Below are positions 1-11,262 of a stretch of DNA of 60,378 nt, piece by piece. Within the stretch, counting starts at the first letter, position 1; each line of letters begins with the position of its first letter. This DNA comes from Raja brachyura (lineage: Eukaryota), in NCBI GenBank assembly GCA_963514005.1, contig OY740781.1, positions 141,360,001 through 141,420,378 of the forward strand, given 5' to 3'. The notes under the pieces are model-generated. The model was not told the DNA's origin and ran no database searches. It saw only the letters and a list, made by a program, of their open reading frames with translations. A program made the position numbers and the translations under genes.

Positions 1-289
1 GATGCTTCAAAGGAAGGATTTAACTCTATTACACAGTTGAAATATGTACAACGTGCGATATTACATGCGCCTTTGTTTTCTAAATCACATTCTTAAACAC
101 ATGCCTATCTGTGTTGATGCCAACTAGCTTAAGGACATGGCTTAAACCATTTGTTAAATATTTTATAACCACTGTTGTGAAGGGATAATAAGTTTGCAAT
201 ACAGGCAAGCAGAAGGTGTCAGCTCTGCAGTTCTGGCTTCCCTCTTGGGCACCCCCTGCATATTTGACAACTCGCACAGCCATAGGTGC

Positions 290-620
290 CTCCTACCTTA
301 CTCTCAGCTCCACCCGATCTCTCTAACCGCATTCTCACTGTCCCCGGTGTTCCTGACTTCACGCTCACCGTTCCTCACGTCCCTGACCTCACTTTCACTG
401 TTCCCAGTCTATCTCACTTCACTCTCACTGCTCCCAATGCCTCTGGCCTCAAAACACGCTGCTCCTGGCATCCCTGACTTAATTCTCGGGGATTCCAGTG
501 CCTCTGACCTCACTCTCACTCTTTATCCTCACTCTCACTGCTCCCCATCTCTCTAGCCTCATTCATGGCTACTCCTGGGAGTCTCTGGCCTCTCTCCCGG
601 CACTCCTGAGATCCCTCTGA
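290..620. repeat. Degenerate ~30-bp pyrimidine-rich minisatellite
   Basis: Units such as ctcactgtccccggtgttcctgacttcacg / ctcaccgttcctcacgtccctgacctcact / ttcactgttcccagtctatctcacttcact recur with a 30-nt period (334-480) and decay on both sides. Confidence 0.7.
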
Positions 621-987
621 TCTTCCCTACGTCGGCTGCTGGGCTGTTACAAAGTATGTTCTGGATTTAATAGATTAAACCACGGTCTATAGGACTTTAA
701 TATTGTCACTTGTGCGAGTCTAGGTAATCACAAACAGGCTCATGAGTAACTCGAGGACAATGCTGTTTTAGCCCCGGGTTCACTAAGTCATTAAATGTGT
801 AAAGTCTTACTCTAGTTGGTAAGAAACAAAGGCTCACTTTGTAGAATTTTGTTTTGATGCTGGATACAAACATGGTATTTGATTTAAGAAATGAAAACCA
901 TTCACACATTTTATATAGCAAATTAACTTGGTTATGGATATCTTTTTTGTTCATGCTGAACTAAATCTTATTCTTTGATCTGATATA

Positions 988-2490
988 AAGTGCCCTCTGT
1001 ATTTGTAATAAAAAAAATCGCTGTGGTTAAAGTGCAGTCAGATTTGAATTAAGGCCATTTTTATACATTTTGGTTTCACCATGTAGAAATTACAGCTGTG
1101 TTTATATATAGTCCCCCCCATTTCAGGGCAGCATAATGTTTGGGACACAGCAATATCATGTAAATTAATGTAGTCATGTTTAGTATTTTGTTGCATATCC
1201 TTAGCGTGCAATGACTGCTTGAAGTCTGACATCACCAGTTGCTGGGTGTCTTCTCTCGTGATGCTCTGCCAGGCTTGTCTTGCAGCCATCTTTAGCTTAT
1301 GCTTGTTTTGGGGACTAGTCCCCTTCAGTTTTCTCTTCAACATATAAAAGGCATGCTCAAATGGGTTCAGATTGGGTGATTGACTTGGCCACTCAAAAAT
1401 TGATCGTATCTGCTTCGAAAAACTCCTTTGTTGCTTTAGCAGTATGTTTGGGATCATTGTCTTGCTGTAGAATGAACTGCCAGCCAATTAGTTTTGAGGC
1501 ATTTGTTTGAGTTTGAGCAGATAGGATGTGTCTATCCACTTCAGCATTCATTATGATACTATCATCAGTAGTTGTATCATCAATGAAGATAAGTGAGCCA
1601 GTACCTTCAGCAGCCATACATGCCCAGGCCGTAACACCCCCACCACCGTGTTTCACAGATGAGGTGGTATGCTTTGGATCTTGGGCAATTCCTTCTCTCC
1701 TCCATACTTTGCTCTTGCCATCACTCTGATATAAGTTAATCTTTGTCTCATCTGCCCACAAGACCTTTTTCCAGAACTGTTTATGCGGCTAACCAGTGGT
1801 TTGCATCATGCATTATCTGGATTTCTGTTCATGAAGTCTTCTGCAGACAGTGGTCATTGACAAATCCACACCTGACGCCTGAAGAGTGTTTCTGATCTCT
1901 CGGACAGGTGTTGAGGGTTTTTCTTTATTATAGAGAGAATTCTTCTGTCATGAGCTGTGGAGATCTTCCTTGGCCTGCTAGTCCATTTGCGATTAGTAAG
2001 CTCACCAGTGCTCTCTTTCTTCTTAATGATGTTCCAAATAGTTCATTTTGGAAAGCGTAAGGTTTGGCTGATGTCTCTAACAGTTTTATTCTTGTTTCTC
2101 AGTCTCATAATGGCTTCTTTGACTTTCATTGACACAACTTTGGTCCTCATGTTGCTAAACAGCAATAAAAGTTTCCAAAGGTGATGGAAAGACTGGAGGA
2201 ACGACTAGGTGCTGAGAGCTCTCTTATACCTGCATTACGGAGGCAATTAAACACACCTGAGCAATTACAAATGGCTGTGAAGCCATGTGTCCCAAGCATT
2301 ATGGTGTTGGGGGGGACTATGTATAAACAGCTGTAATTTCTACATGGTGAAACTAAAATGTGTAAAAATAAAATCTGACAATGTGCACTTTAACTACATG
2401 TGATTTTTTTAGTACAAATCTCAAATTGTGGAGTACAGAGGCAAATAAATAAATGACGCGTCTTTGTCCCAAACATTATGTAGGGCACTG
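988..2490 (-). mobile_element. Tc1/mariner DNA transposon (IR/DR type), near full length, inactive
   Basis: Right end ...cccaaacattatgtagggcactg|TA (2490). Degraded left end TA|aagtgccctc (988). Inner direct repeat cataatgtttgggacaca near 1133. Encloses a transposase pseudogene. Confidence 0.93.
1180..2150 (-). pseudogene. Tc1 DDE transposase pseudogene
   Basis: Starts MRTKVVSMKVKEAIMRL, with an in-frame TGA at 2043-2045. Motifs WADETK, KHGGGGV, QQDNDPKH and WPSQSPNLNPFEH are split across frames (ORFs 1393-1761 and 1038-1487). Confidence 0.92.
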
Positions 2491-2717
2491 TAGAGTATGC
2501 TCACTACTCTTTGGTTCCTAACCATCATTTTCCAATGATTTTTGGTTCAGACGCACTTAGATCCACTGCAGAAATGTAAGTGATCATGTGTGATAAATTA
2601 TTTTTATAACCTTGTAATCTATTTAATAAAGCTATAATTTTAGAAGCATATATTCTGTAGCTTTTCTTAAGGATAAGAACAATTCTTTTGTAACATTCAG
2701 AAAAATGCACTACTTAC

Positions 2718-2795
2718 TTTTTAGGTAAACTTCTAACAGGTCTAAAACACCTTCTCGATGCTCCTTAACTTGGGGAGAAATCAAATTCTTGATTG
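2718..2795 (-). CDS. STX18: Syntaxin-18 internal coding exon (equivalent to exon 4), 78 nt
   Basis: ttctttctcaaacag|CA ATC AAG...TAC CTA AAA A|gtaagt encodes (A)IKNLISPQVKEHREGVLDLLEVYLK, matching recalled human AHKEIHSQQVKEHRTAVLDFIEDYLK. Phase 1 matches the upstream exon. Absent from the ORF track. Confidence 0.93.
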
Positions 2796-3340
2796 CTGTT
2801 TGAGAAAGAAGTAGCCTTTAATACCATTATTATCCAGAGTGTTCAGAAACTTGCTGCTATATTCATTCAGTTATTTGTTGTGTTAAATCTAATAGTATTT
2901 AAAACTGTTATTTAAACTGTCACAACAAATCTGCTTAATTAGGCATATATCTAATTGCAAGAATACATAAGGATCTCATGTTCTTTATCTTGTACATAAA
3001 GGTTCTAACAAAAATCCAACATAGTTTACCGCAAATAATTGTTTTAATTATTAAGGTTTTACCATGCCTCTGGTGTGCGGAGTCATGGTAAGGATGGAGA
3101 GATGGAGGTAAAACATTCCTAAGAGGCTGAAGGGAGAGTGGCAAGATTAGAATAGAAGATAATGGGAGTAGAAATATATCTTCCATTGTTTGCGCCTGAC
3201 AAGGAACATAGTTCATTCACAAAGTTATTGTATCACACACTGAAACATTCAACAGAATCTCAGGGTAGTTCATGTGATTAGTGACTTAAGGACAGTTTTA
3301 AAGTTTGACCAGGGTAATCATAGCACAGAAAATAACGCAA

Positions 3341-3432
3341 GGACACAAAAAGCTGAAGTAGCTCTGTGGGTCAGGCAGCATCTCTGGAGAGTATGGATAG
3401 ATGGCGTTTCGGGTCAGGATTCTTCTTCAGTT
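3341..3432 (-). mobile_element. Penelope-type short element with degenerate hammerhead core
   Basis: gacacaaaaagctgaagtagctc...gcagcatctctggaga...cgtttcgggtcaggattcttcttcag; the minus strand reads CTGAAGAAGAATCCTGACCCGAAACG. Confidence 0.75.
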
Positions 3433-4020
3433 TGATTGTAGTTGGGGGATGCGGGGAGAAAGCTGGGATGTAAGAGGAAGAAAATACTGCAAATACTCAG
3501 TATGTAATTCAGCGCAGCATCTATGGAAAGTGGATCATTGATCAGAACATTTAATGTTAATTATGTTTTACTCTCCAGAGATTTTGGTTAGGCAGTATTT
3601 TATGTTTATATTTTTAGATTTCCAGTCTCCAAGGCCACTGTGGATTTTACAGGGCATCAAGCCAGTTGCTTCACCCTGAGTGGGACATTTAAGGTCGCAC
3701 CCATTAAACTCCTCGAGGAGTGTCACCTAGGCATCTCCCCTCCAGTTCAAAGTATTGTGGACATTTTTGTTTAGTGTACTCCAATGTACAGAAAGTGGGG
3801 TTCCATGTCATAGCAACAAAAACGCTTTGTAAATCAAAGACGTCTACCCACAGAGTCAATGGCAACAGTGAAAATTTGTGATTTGAATGTTCGTGAATCA
3901 AGTGATACCTCTTCCTGCAGATTCATAGAGAACAGTAACAGGTCCGTCAGCCCAACTCATCTATGCTAACCAAGATAACCCATCTAAGTGAGTCCCACAA
4001 CTGGCCTATATCATTCTAAC

Positions 4021-4220
4021 AGACTCAAATTGCAGTAGTAACTCAGTGGGACAGACAGCTTCTCTAGAGAGAAGGAATGGGTGACATTTCGGGTCGCGAC
4101 CCTTCTTCAGATCTTGACCTGAAACATCACCCATTCCTTTTCTCCAGAGATGCAGCTTGTCCCGTTGAGTTACTCCTGAATTTTGTGTCTATCTTTGGTG
4201 TAAACCAGCATCTACAGTTC
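4021..4220. mobile_element. Palindromic Penelope-type hammerhead element inserted in a CR1 3' tail
   Basis: Inverted halves 4021-4110 and 4111-4190. Minus-strand core CTGAAGAAGGGTCGCGACCCGAAATGTC. Tail aaaccagcatctacagttcc. Possible TSD tatcattctaa (~4009) / tatccttctaa (5436). Confidence 0.75.
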
Positions 4221-4684
4221 CTATATAATTAAAAGTCTCATCTTGACCACTTCCTGTCTGCACTGTATATTGATTTTAGAAAAAACGCTACCCTGTATTG
4301 CTGTGATTTTTGGCCATCTTACTCACAGTCCTCCTCCGCTGAGACAGCCCCGAGGATTTTTCCCATCGATGAAAAATAAAAAAGTTATGAGTGTTTAAAA
4401 AACCTTGAGATCAGCTGATTGGTCCTCTCGCCTGTCAATCACCGCAATGACGGTAACGCCCCTTCTGGGGTGGGGTGGGGGGGGAAGGACTATAAAACCC
4501 CGGATGCCTGGACATGACTCAGTCATTCTGAAAGATTGCGAGGGTGAGGCCTCGACTGTCCTTCTAAGTTGTGAATCAACTGAACTGTGAGTCTGCAGTG
4601 TACTTGCAATAAATGATTTGTTAGCAATGAAATGACAATGCCATGAGTTGTTTGGCCTGCTGCCCTGCCTGTACTTGATTCTGC

Positions 4685-4785
4685 AATGCTTTATTATGTC
4701 CGACTGTGTTTGGAAGGAATAAATGCTTCATTATGTCCGACTGTGTTTGGAAGGAACAAATGCTTTATTAGGTCCGACTGTGTTT
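4685..4785. repeat. 37-bp tandem repeat, ~2.7 copies, inside Helitron-like copy 1
   Basis: aatgctttattatgtccgactgtgtttggaaggaata begins at 4685, 4722 and 4759. Confidence 0.9.
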
Positions 4786-5022
4786 AGTCCAAATGTCCCA
4801 CTCATTTCGTGACTTCCGCTTAGTGGACAGGTCGTGCTAATTGTGTAATTTCTGGTGAGTGCAGAGGTCGCGTTGATCGCATCATTTCTGGTGAGTGCAG
4901 AGCTCACGCTGATTGCGGAAGTGCCGCTGACTGCGGAAGCCCCACAGTGGAGAGGCCGCGCTCAGCTGTGTGAGTACATTCAAGAAAGTTTACTGTCATA
5001 TATATGGTGTGTGAGTCAGTGT

Positions 5023-5246
5023 NNNNNNNNNNNNNNNNNNNNNNNNNNNNNNNNNNNNNNNNNNNNNNNNNNNNNNNNNNNNNNNNNNNNNNNNNNNNNN
5101 NNNNNNNNNNNNNNNNNNNNNNNNNNNNNNNNNNNNNNNNNNNNNNNNNNNNNNNNNNNNNNNNNNNNNNNNNNNNNNNNNNNNNNNNNNNNNNNNNNNN
5201 NNNNNNNNNNNNNNNNNNNNNNNNNNNNNNNNNNNNNNNNNNNNNN
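5023..5246. other. Assembly gap (N run)
   Basis: Run of N. Confidence 1.
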
Positions 5247-5258
5247 GCGTGAGTGCGT

Positions 5259-5259
<1 letters not shown>

Positions 5260-5339
<80 letters not shown>

Positions 5340-5346
5340 TGTGTGT
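5260..5346. repeat. (GT)n microsatellite
   Basis: Long pure GT run next to the gap. Confidence 0.98.
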
Positions 5347-5435
5347 ATATTGAAATTGGTGGAGAGGTGGAATATTGCGTTGGGGACCAGCCCTCCCGTG
5401 TGAAGGTGGGACCCAATGGGTCCCACTCACTCTAG

Positions 5436-5680
5436 TATCCTTCTAAACCTTTCCGATCCAACTACTATCCAAGTGTCTCTGAAAATTTCTTATTGTACCT
5501 GCCAATACCACTTCCTCTGGCAGCTCGTTCCATATACCCACCACCTCTGTGTGAAATCGTGGCTTCTCAGGTTCCAATTAAAATCTTTCCCCACTCACTT
5601 TAAACCTACACCCTCTAGTTCTTGATCTAGTCCACTTTCCTGAGAAAAAGGCTGTGCTTCAACCCTAGCTATTTCAGATT
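5436..5680 (-). mobile_element. CR1 LINE 3' fragment (continues from ~3925-4020)
   Basis: tatccttctaaacc...tgtacctgcc...ttcctctggcagctcgttccatatacccacc is the reverse complement of the CR1 ORF2 end seen at 9900-10060. Confidence 0.85.
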
Positions 5681-6116
5681 AGTCTAATTTCCTCTAATTT
5701 ATTTCCTTCCCTTTCTATTCCATTCCTTAAATTTCTGCCTTTTTTCCATTCTGCACAAGAACGTAAGAAAATAAAAGCGAGAGTTGGTCACCTTGACCCA
5801 CCATTCAATACAATCTACTCAAGGCATCAACTCCTCTGTGTGCCAATTCTCCACAGCCCTCAATTGCGTCATCTTTCAGCAACTTATTTATCTCCTCTTC
5901 AAATGCTTCTGGCAATTTAAACTCCTCAACCCTTCAGGACAGGGAATTCCAGAGATTTGCCACCCCTTTACGATAATGTAGAAGCAGGAGTTCACTTGTT
6001 CCTACATTGCTCTTCTGCCTCCCATGTAGCAGTGGACTGGGACGTACTTCCTCAGTACAGCATTGACAATACTCAAGGTGTTGAATGATGTTTGCATTTG
6101 TTACTTCTGAAAAGAG

Positions 6117-6420
6117 GGGCAGCACAGTGGCACAGCGGTAGAGTTACTGCCCTACTGTGTCAGAGATCCGGGTTCGATCCTGACAACGGGTGCTGACTGA
6201 ATGGAGTTTGTACGTTCTTCCTATAACCGCACAAGTTTTTTCCAGGTGTTCCGGTTTCCTCCCACATTTCAAAGACATACAGGTTTGTTGGTTAATTGGC
6301 TTCGGTAAAATTGTACATAGTCCCTAATATGTAGGATAGTGTTAGTGTACAGGGTGATTGCTGGACAGCATGGACTTGGTGGGCCAAAAGGCCTGCTTCC
6401 GCACTCTCTCTAAAGTCTAA
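6117..6420 (+). mobile_element. tRNA-derived V-SINE (HE1-like)
   Basis: A box tggcacagcggtag, B box gggttcgatcc, central domain tccggtttcctcccaca, CR1-derived tail gggccaaaaggcctg. Confidence 0.88.
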
Positions 6421-6516
6421 AGTTCTAAATGACAGTTTCCTGTCAGTAAAAGAGTTTAGCTATTTTGCAGATTTTCCAAGGCTCTGCAGACTTTCAGTTC
6501 TGTCCACAGGCTTTAC

Positions 6517-6632
6517 CTTCGGTCTTCAGCTGGTGGATGGCATCAGAGCAGGTTCGCATAAAAATCTGGGCGTCCTGGTCAATCTGATCACGCTCCGTGT
6601 CTGTCATGCGGGAATATTCTGACATTCCATAA
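6517..6632 (-). CDS. STX18: Syntaxin-18 internal coding exon (equivalent to exon 3), 116 nt
   Basis: cttctattcccag|T TAT GGA ATG...ACC GAA G|gtaaag encodes [38 protein letters not shown], nearly identical to the recalled STX18 N-terminal domain. Confidence 0.97.
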
Positions 6633-7730
6633 CTGGGAATAGAAGAAGACAAATAACGTGATAAGGCAAGATCCAAAACAAAAAACAAAAGTCACAGAGA
6701 AAATGAGAGGAAAGACTCAGACTGAGTAGCAATTGAGAAAAGAGTTCATGATTTTCTTCAAAAAAGCTGACCAAATTATAGTATTCTGTTATATTTCATA
6801 TTTTCAAAAGCTTTTTTTCTCTTCATTGAATTTTATGTTTCATTTGATGCTGACAGTGAAAATAGTTAACAGTTGGCTAGACTATTTCAAATATGGGACA
6901 AGGATATCTCCTCAGGATGGAAAAGAATAGAAGGGCTGTGCTAAACAAATTAATCTCATCTGGCTGCACATGATCTGTATCTCTCAATTCCCTGTATATC
7001 CATCCATGCGCCTATCTAAAAGCTTCTTAAACTTTGGCCCAACTACTTGGCCCAATGTGCATTGATATTGTCAATCATTCCTTTTCTTCAAAATCTTTCT
7101 CACCTTTCAAAAGTCTCTTGCCTCCTCATGATTCTTAAAACTAGCTACTGTACTGTTTGAAGTTTAAACAGTATTTTACAACAAGGAATCTACAGAGATT
7201 TACCTCCCCACTAACCAGTTAGTTATATTGCCAGTTTTGTGATAACCATCTCGAAGCACTTAGTCCTACAACTGGCTGAGTGGGCAGACTATTTCAGTGC
7301 AGTAATAGTTTGGAACATTACTTGATTAGTATTGATTTTAGCACAAATTTGCAGTAAAACACTGAAATATTTTTAAGGTCACAGTACAATACTTGGTACT
7401 TCGAGTACGCTGTAGCCATCAACAATGTTGCACAAATGCAATGAAACACAGAGCAACGAGGTAATTATATTGCAGTAATGTTGCACACTGTAAACCAGTA
7501 ACCTTGAGGAAGGCGGCTATTGTGATGAAATTAATTTTTGATTGTCATAATAAACATTTTGGACTCTTTAATTTTGGCTGAGAACCTGAGTAATATGGAA
7601 AGTGATTTCCTCTGTGGGAAATGTAAATTGAATTAAGATGGTCAGAGACTTTTGAAACATATTTATACAGTTTCAATGCAAATGTGGCTGGTGATTTATA
7701 ATTTTTTTCTTAAAATATTAACATAAACCA

Positions 7731-8017
7731 GCACAGCGGCGCAGCTGGTGGAGCTACTGCCTCACAGCGCCAGAGACCCGTGCTCCATCTTGGGTGCTAT
7801 CTGTGTGGTGTTTGCACGTTCTCACTGTGACCATGTGGGTTTCCTCCAGATGCTCCAGTTTCCACCAACATCCCAAAGGTGTGCGGCTTTGTAGGTTAAT
7901 TAGTCTCTGTAAATTACCTTGAGTGTGTAGTCAGTGGATGTGAAAATGGGATAATATAGAACTAGTGTGAATGGCTGATTGATGGTCGGCATGGACTCCA
8001 GTGGGCTGAAGGGCCTG
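7731..8017 (+). mobile_element. V-SINE
   Basis: gcacagcggcgcagctggtggagctactgcc...gtttgcacgttctc...gggctgaagggcctg; same family as 6117. Confidence 0.85.
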
Positions 8018-8059
8018 AAAAAGACCCTTTCCCTTCAATGTCTGTGCTGAACATTATAT

Positions 8060-8245
8060 AAATTAGTCGCATCTGCCTTCACATGATCTATATCCCTCCA
8101 TCTCCATGTGCCTGCCTAAAAACATCCCTCATCACCCCCGACAGCACATTCCAGGCACCCACCACCCACTGTGTAAAGAAAAATTGCCTTGCACATCTCC
8201 TTTAAACTTCGTCCCTTTCAGCTTATAACTGTGCCCTCTCGTCCT
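8060..8245 (-). mobile_element. CR1 3' fragment
   Basis: The minus strand encodes RTRGHSYKLKGTKFKGDVQGNF...W, the CR1 ORF2 C-terminus. Confidence 0.75.
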
Positions 8246-8254
8246 CGAGGAAAT

Positions 8255-8600
8255 GAGGAACTGCAGAAACTGGTTTACATGAAAGAACCCTAAGTGCCGG
8301 TGTAACTCAGGCAACATCTCTGGAGAATATGGATAGGTGACGTTTTGGTTCGACCCTTCTGATGGTGGAGGGGCGTGGTGGGGGGGGGGGGGGGGGAGGG
8401 AAATTAAAGACAGCTGGAGGAGAGGGGAGATAGGACAAAGAGAGGCAGATGGTTGGAACAAAGGCCAGAGATTAAAACAAGATGGTATGAGACACAGGGT
8501 TGAAGAGTTGCAAATTATGAAGCAAGAGGAGTGAATGTGTGAGGAGGGGTAGGGGAGAAATAGGTGCGAGTCCAGGTGGAACACAGGGGAGATGGGTTGC
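8255..8600 (-). mobile_element. Penelope-type terminal-repeat fragment
   Basis: aggaactgcaga...ctggtttac...gtaactcaggcaacatctctggaga...ggtgacgttttggttcgacccttc followed by a purine-rich segment similar to 58252-58577. Confidence 0.65.
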
Positions 8601-8939
8601 CATGTGCATGATGCAAAAGAAACAGCAAATTTTGTCTATTTCTGTCAAGAGTCTTTTTGTTTGTTTTTGTAACAAAAGAAAACAGCGATATGGCAGGATG
8701 ACAACTTCATAACACATGTCCTACGGGAGTTTGATTCCCAAAGAGTATTACCTCATGCAACTGGATTAAAAACAATATGTCACTGCTCCACCCAACTTTC
8801 TAGCTGATCTGGCTAGGAGATTGAAGGCAAGTAGCATAAAATTCTTATTATATGGAGTAAACAAAACACTGATGGACAAAGAAGGAAAAATTAAACATTG
8901 TTTCTTGTTGTAAAGGAGATGGCCTGTAAAACTCAGGAA

Positions 8940-10470
8940 ATCTTCCTATGACTGGGCATGTTAGTGAGACCACATTTGGAGAAATGTTTGGAGATTTAAT
9001 CTCATTTAAGGAGGGCTTAATTTGCATTGAAGGCAGTACAAAAAATGTTCACTGGGTTAATAGATTAATTCTTAGGAATGTAGTGGTTCTTTTATGAAGA
9101 AAAAATCAGCAGGTTGGACCTAAACTCAATGCCACATGCTGTTATTTAGCACATTAAGATCATGTGAACGGGACAAATTCTTATCACAATGTTTTTGACG
9201 ATTGAAAAAAATGTAGTTTGGAAGTATGACGACACGATGAGAAAATGACCTGCCATAATCGTATCCGTCAGATCAGTATATTTTACTGTTTGATTCATGC
9301 AGATGATACAAAAGTGGGTGGTATTGTAGACATAAAGATGCTTGTCAAAAATTTAATAGAAATAATCCTGAGATGTTGCATTTTGGGAGCACTAACATGG
9401 GCAGAACCTACATAGTGAACGGTAAGGCTCAGGGGAGTGTTAGAGAACAGAGGAATACATGTACAGAGTTTGTTAAAAGTGGCACAGCAGGTAGATAGGA
9501 TGGTCAAAAAAGGCTTTTGGCACATTGGTCTTCATCAGGCAGAGCATTGAGTATAAAAGTTGGGAGGTCATGTTGCACTTCAATAAGATGTTGGGGAGGC
9601 CGCATTTATCGTATTGTGTTCAGTTTTAAGCACCATGTTATAGGAAAGATGTTGTCAAGTTGGAAAGAGTGCAGAGAAGATTAACAAGGATGTTGCCAGA
9701 ACTCAATGGCCAGAGCTACAGGGAGAGGATGAGCAGGCTAGAACTTAATTCCTTGGAGCACAGGACAATGCGGTGTGATCTTATTGAGGTGTACAATTTC
9801 ATGAGAGGATAGATCGGGTAGATGCACAAAGACTCTTGCCCAGATTAGGGGAGTCAAGAACCAGAGGACATAGGTTTAGGGTGAATAGGGAAAGATTTAA
9901 TATGAATCTGAGCAGTAACTTTTTCACACAAAGGGAGGTGGGTGTATGGAACGAGCTGCCGGAGGAGGTAGTTGAGGCAGGTACTATCATAATATTTAAG
10001 AAACATATAGACAGGTACATGGATAGGCCAAGTTTAGAGGGATATGGGCCAAACGCTGGCAGGTGGGACTGTGAATATGCAGGGGTTTGGGTACTTGGGA
10101 AAATGGAAGATGTCTGTGAAAAGATCTGTAAAACCTGCTTGACATCATTTGCATGGAGTTGCAGAACCATGTGACATAGTTTGGAGGGGTATAAAGGGGT
10201 GGAGAGCACATTTGGCTGTGCCGATTGTCTTTAGTCTGTTCTATTTGCGTGAGGCTGTATTGGGCTCGAGTAAGTGGTAACGAGGATCGGTCCCGCGGTA
10301 TTGTATACAATAAAATAGAGTTGGAATTCCAGTGCTCGTATTCAGTGTTTGACTGAACCAGGCTAGAGGGGTAAGTTTAGATCCGGAATAGTGTAGATAA
10401 GACGTGTTGGCCAGTGCGAGCAAGTTGGACTGGACGGCCTTTTTCCACGCCATAAGACAATTACTATGTT
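8940..10470 (+). mobile_element. CR1 LINE ORF2 3' part and tail (fragmented)
   Basis: gcagatgatacaaaagtgggtgg ((F)ADDTKVGG) at ~9299. ORF 9836 has RTRGHRFRV...FFTQREVGVWNELPEEVVEAG. The tail is interrupted at 10070-10390. Older fragment at 8940-9130. Confidence 0.9.
10070..10390 (+). mobile_element. Candidate solo LTR inserted in a CR1 tail
   Basis: ~320-bp insert splitting CR1 gggac|tagtgtagat. Starts TGT, has TATAAA at ~10190 and AATAAA at ~10309. No clean CA end or TSD. Confidence 0.5.
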
Positions 10471-10741
10471 TCATTGTTCCTCTGAGATTAAAATGGGGAC
10501 CATTGAAAATCCCTTTTCACAGTATACAGTGGAACTCACGGTAAAGTTGCCAAAGTGTTGATAAAGACTGTTGACACATTTGAGATCCTCATTAAAATTC
10601 CAGACACACCGTGTGCATCACAGGTTCTTGACATTCAGCATTTTTAAAAATAGTTCGTTCACAGGCAAATTATCACAAAGTGACAACATTTCAGGGAATT
10701 TTATGATCAAGACCTTAAACTTGCAATTTAAGCCAAATATG

Positions 10742-10800
10742 CAATTTAACCTGTTAAATTTAACATCTGCTCTAAATGTTAAATTTAACAGGTTAAATTG
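10742..10800. repeat. Perfect 25-bp inverted repeat with 9-nt spacer
   Basis: caatttaacctgttaaatttaacat (10742-10766), ctgctctaa, atgttaaatttaacaggttaaattg (10776-10800). Confidence 0.95.
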
Positions 10801-11118
10801 AATATTTTGTCACATTTATTCTGACATCACAATAATTCCCTGACAGAAGCAGTCGAAGAGGTGGTGAAGGTCCTGACGCATATGAAGGTAGACAAATCTC
10901 CTGGGCCAGATCAGATATATTCAAGGACATTGTGAGAAAGTGGAGAGGAAATTGCGGGAGCCCTGGCTGATATTTACGAGTCATCATTAAATACAGGCGA
11001 GTTGCCGGAAGACTGGAGGGTGGCAAATTATGTGACTCTATTCAAGAAGGGCTACAGGGAAAATACTGGAAAGTATAGGCTAGTGAGCTCAACATCTGTA
11101 CTTGGAAAGTTACTACAG

Positions 11119-11260
11119 AGTAGAGTCAAAAGTGTTTTATTGCCATATGTCCCAGATATAACAATGAAATTCTTACTTGCTGCAGCACAACAAAATATGT
11201 AAACATAGTACACTGTAAACAATATGATAAACGAGAGAGGGAAAAAAAGTTCAGTGTGTA
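11119..11260 (-). mobile_element. Rex1/Babar-type LINE 3' UTR fragment
   Basis: gtcaaaagtgttttattgccatatgtcc...aatgaaattcttacttgctgcagcacaac matches the tail attached to Rex1 coding sequence at 40548-41020. Further short copies lie near 16665 and 51592. Confidence 0.65.
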
Positions 11261-11262
11261 TA

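Larger units (their letters stand above)
4219..5435 (+). mobile_element. Non-autonomous Helitron-like element (copy 1)
   Basis: 5' tcctatataattaaaagtctcatcttg. 3' GC-rich palindrome GTGGGACCCA-A-TGGGTCCCAC (5406-5426) followed 5 nt later by CTAG|T (5432-5435). No TIRs. Internal tandem repeats and a microsatellite. Confidence 0.75.

Noticed and set aside
1-2700. STX18 exon 5 (VCKLYSEQRAIRVKR-like)
   Set aside because: No matching coding sequence with splice sites found; presumably outside the window.
4685-4785. 37-bp repeats resembling a CRISPR array
   Set aside because: Units are head-to-tail with no unique spacers, no cas genes are present, and the context is vertebrate.
4855-5435. Long ORFs with poly-HT/CV or X runs (also 40565-41275 in part, 51035-51447, 52537-52937)
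   Set aside because: Artefacts of microsatellites and N gaps.
6117-6190. tRNA gene (A/B boxes)
   Set aside because: Head of a multi-copy V-SINE; no complete cloverleaf.
6494-6688. 64-aa stand-alone ORF
   Set aside because: Only 6517-6632 is exon; the flanks are intron read-through. The same applies to ORF 39544-39933.
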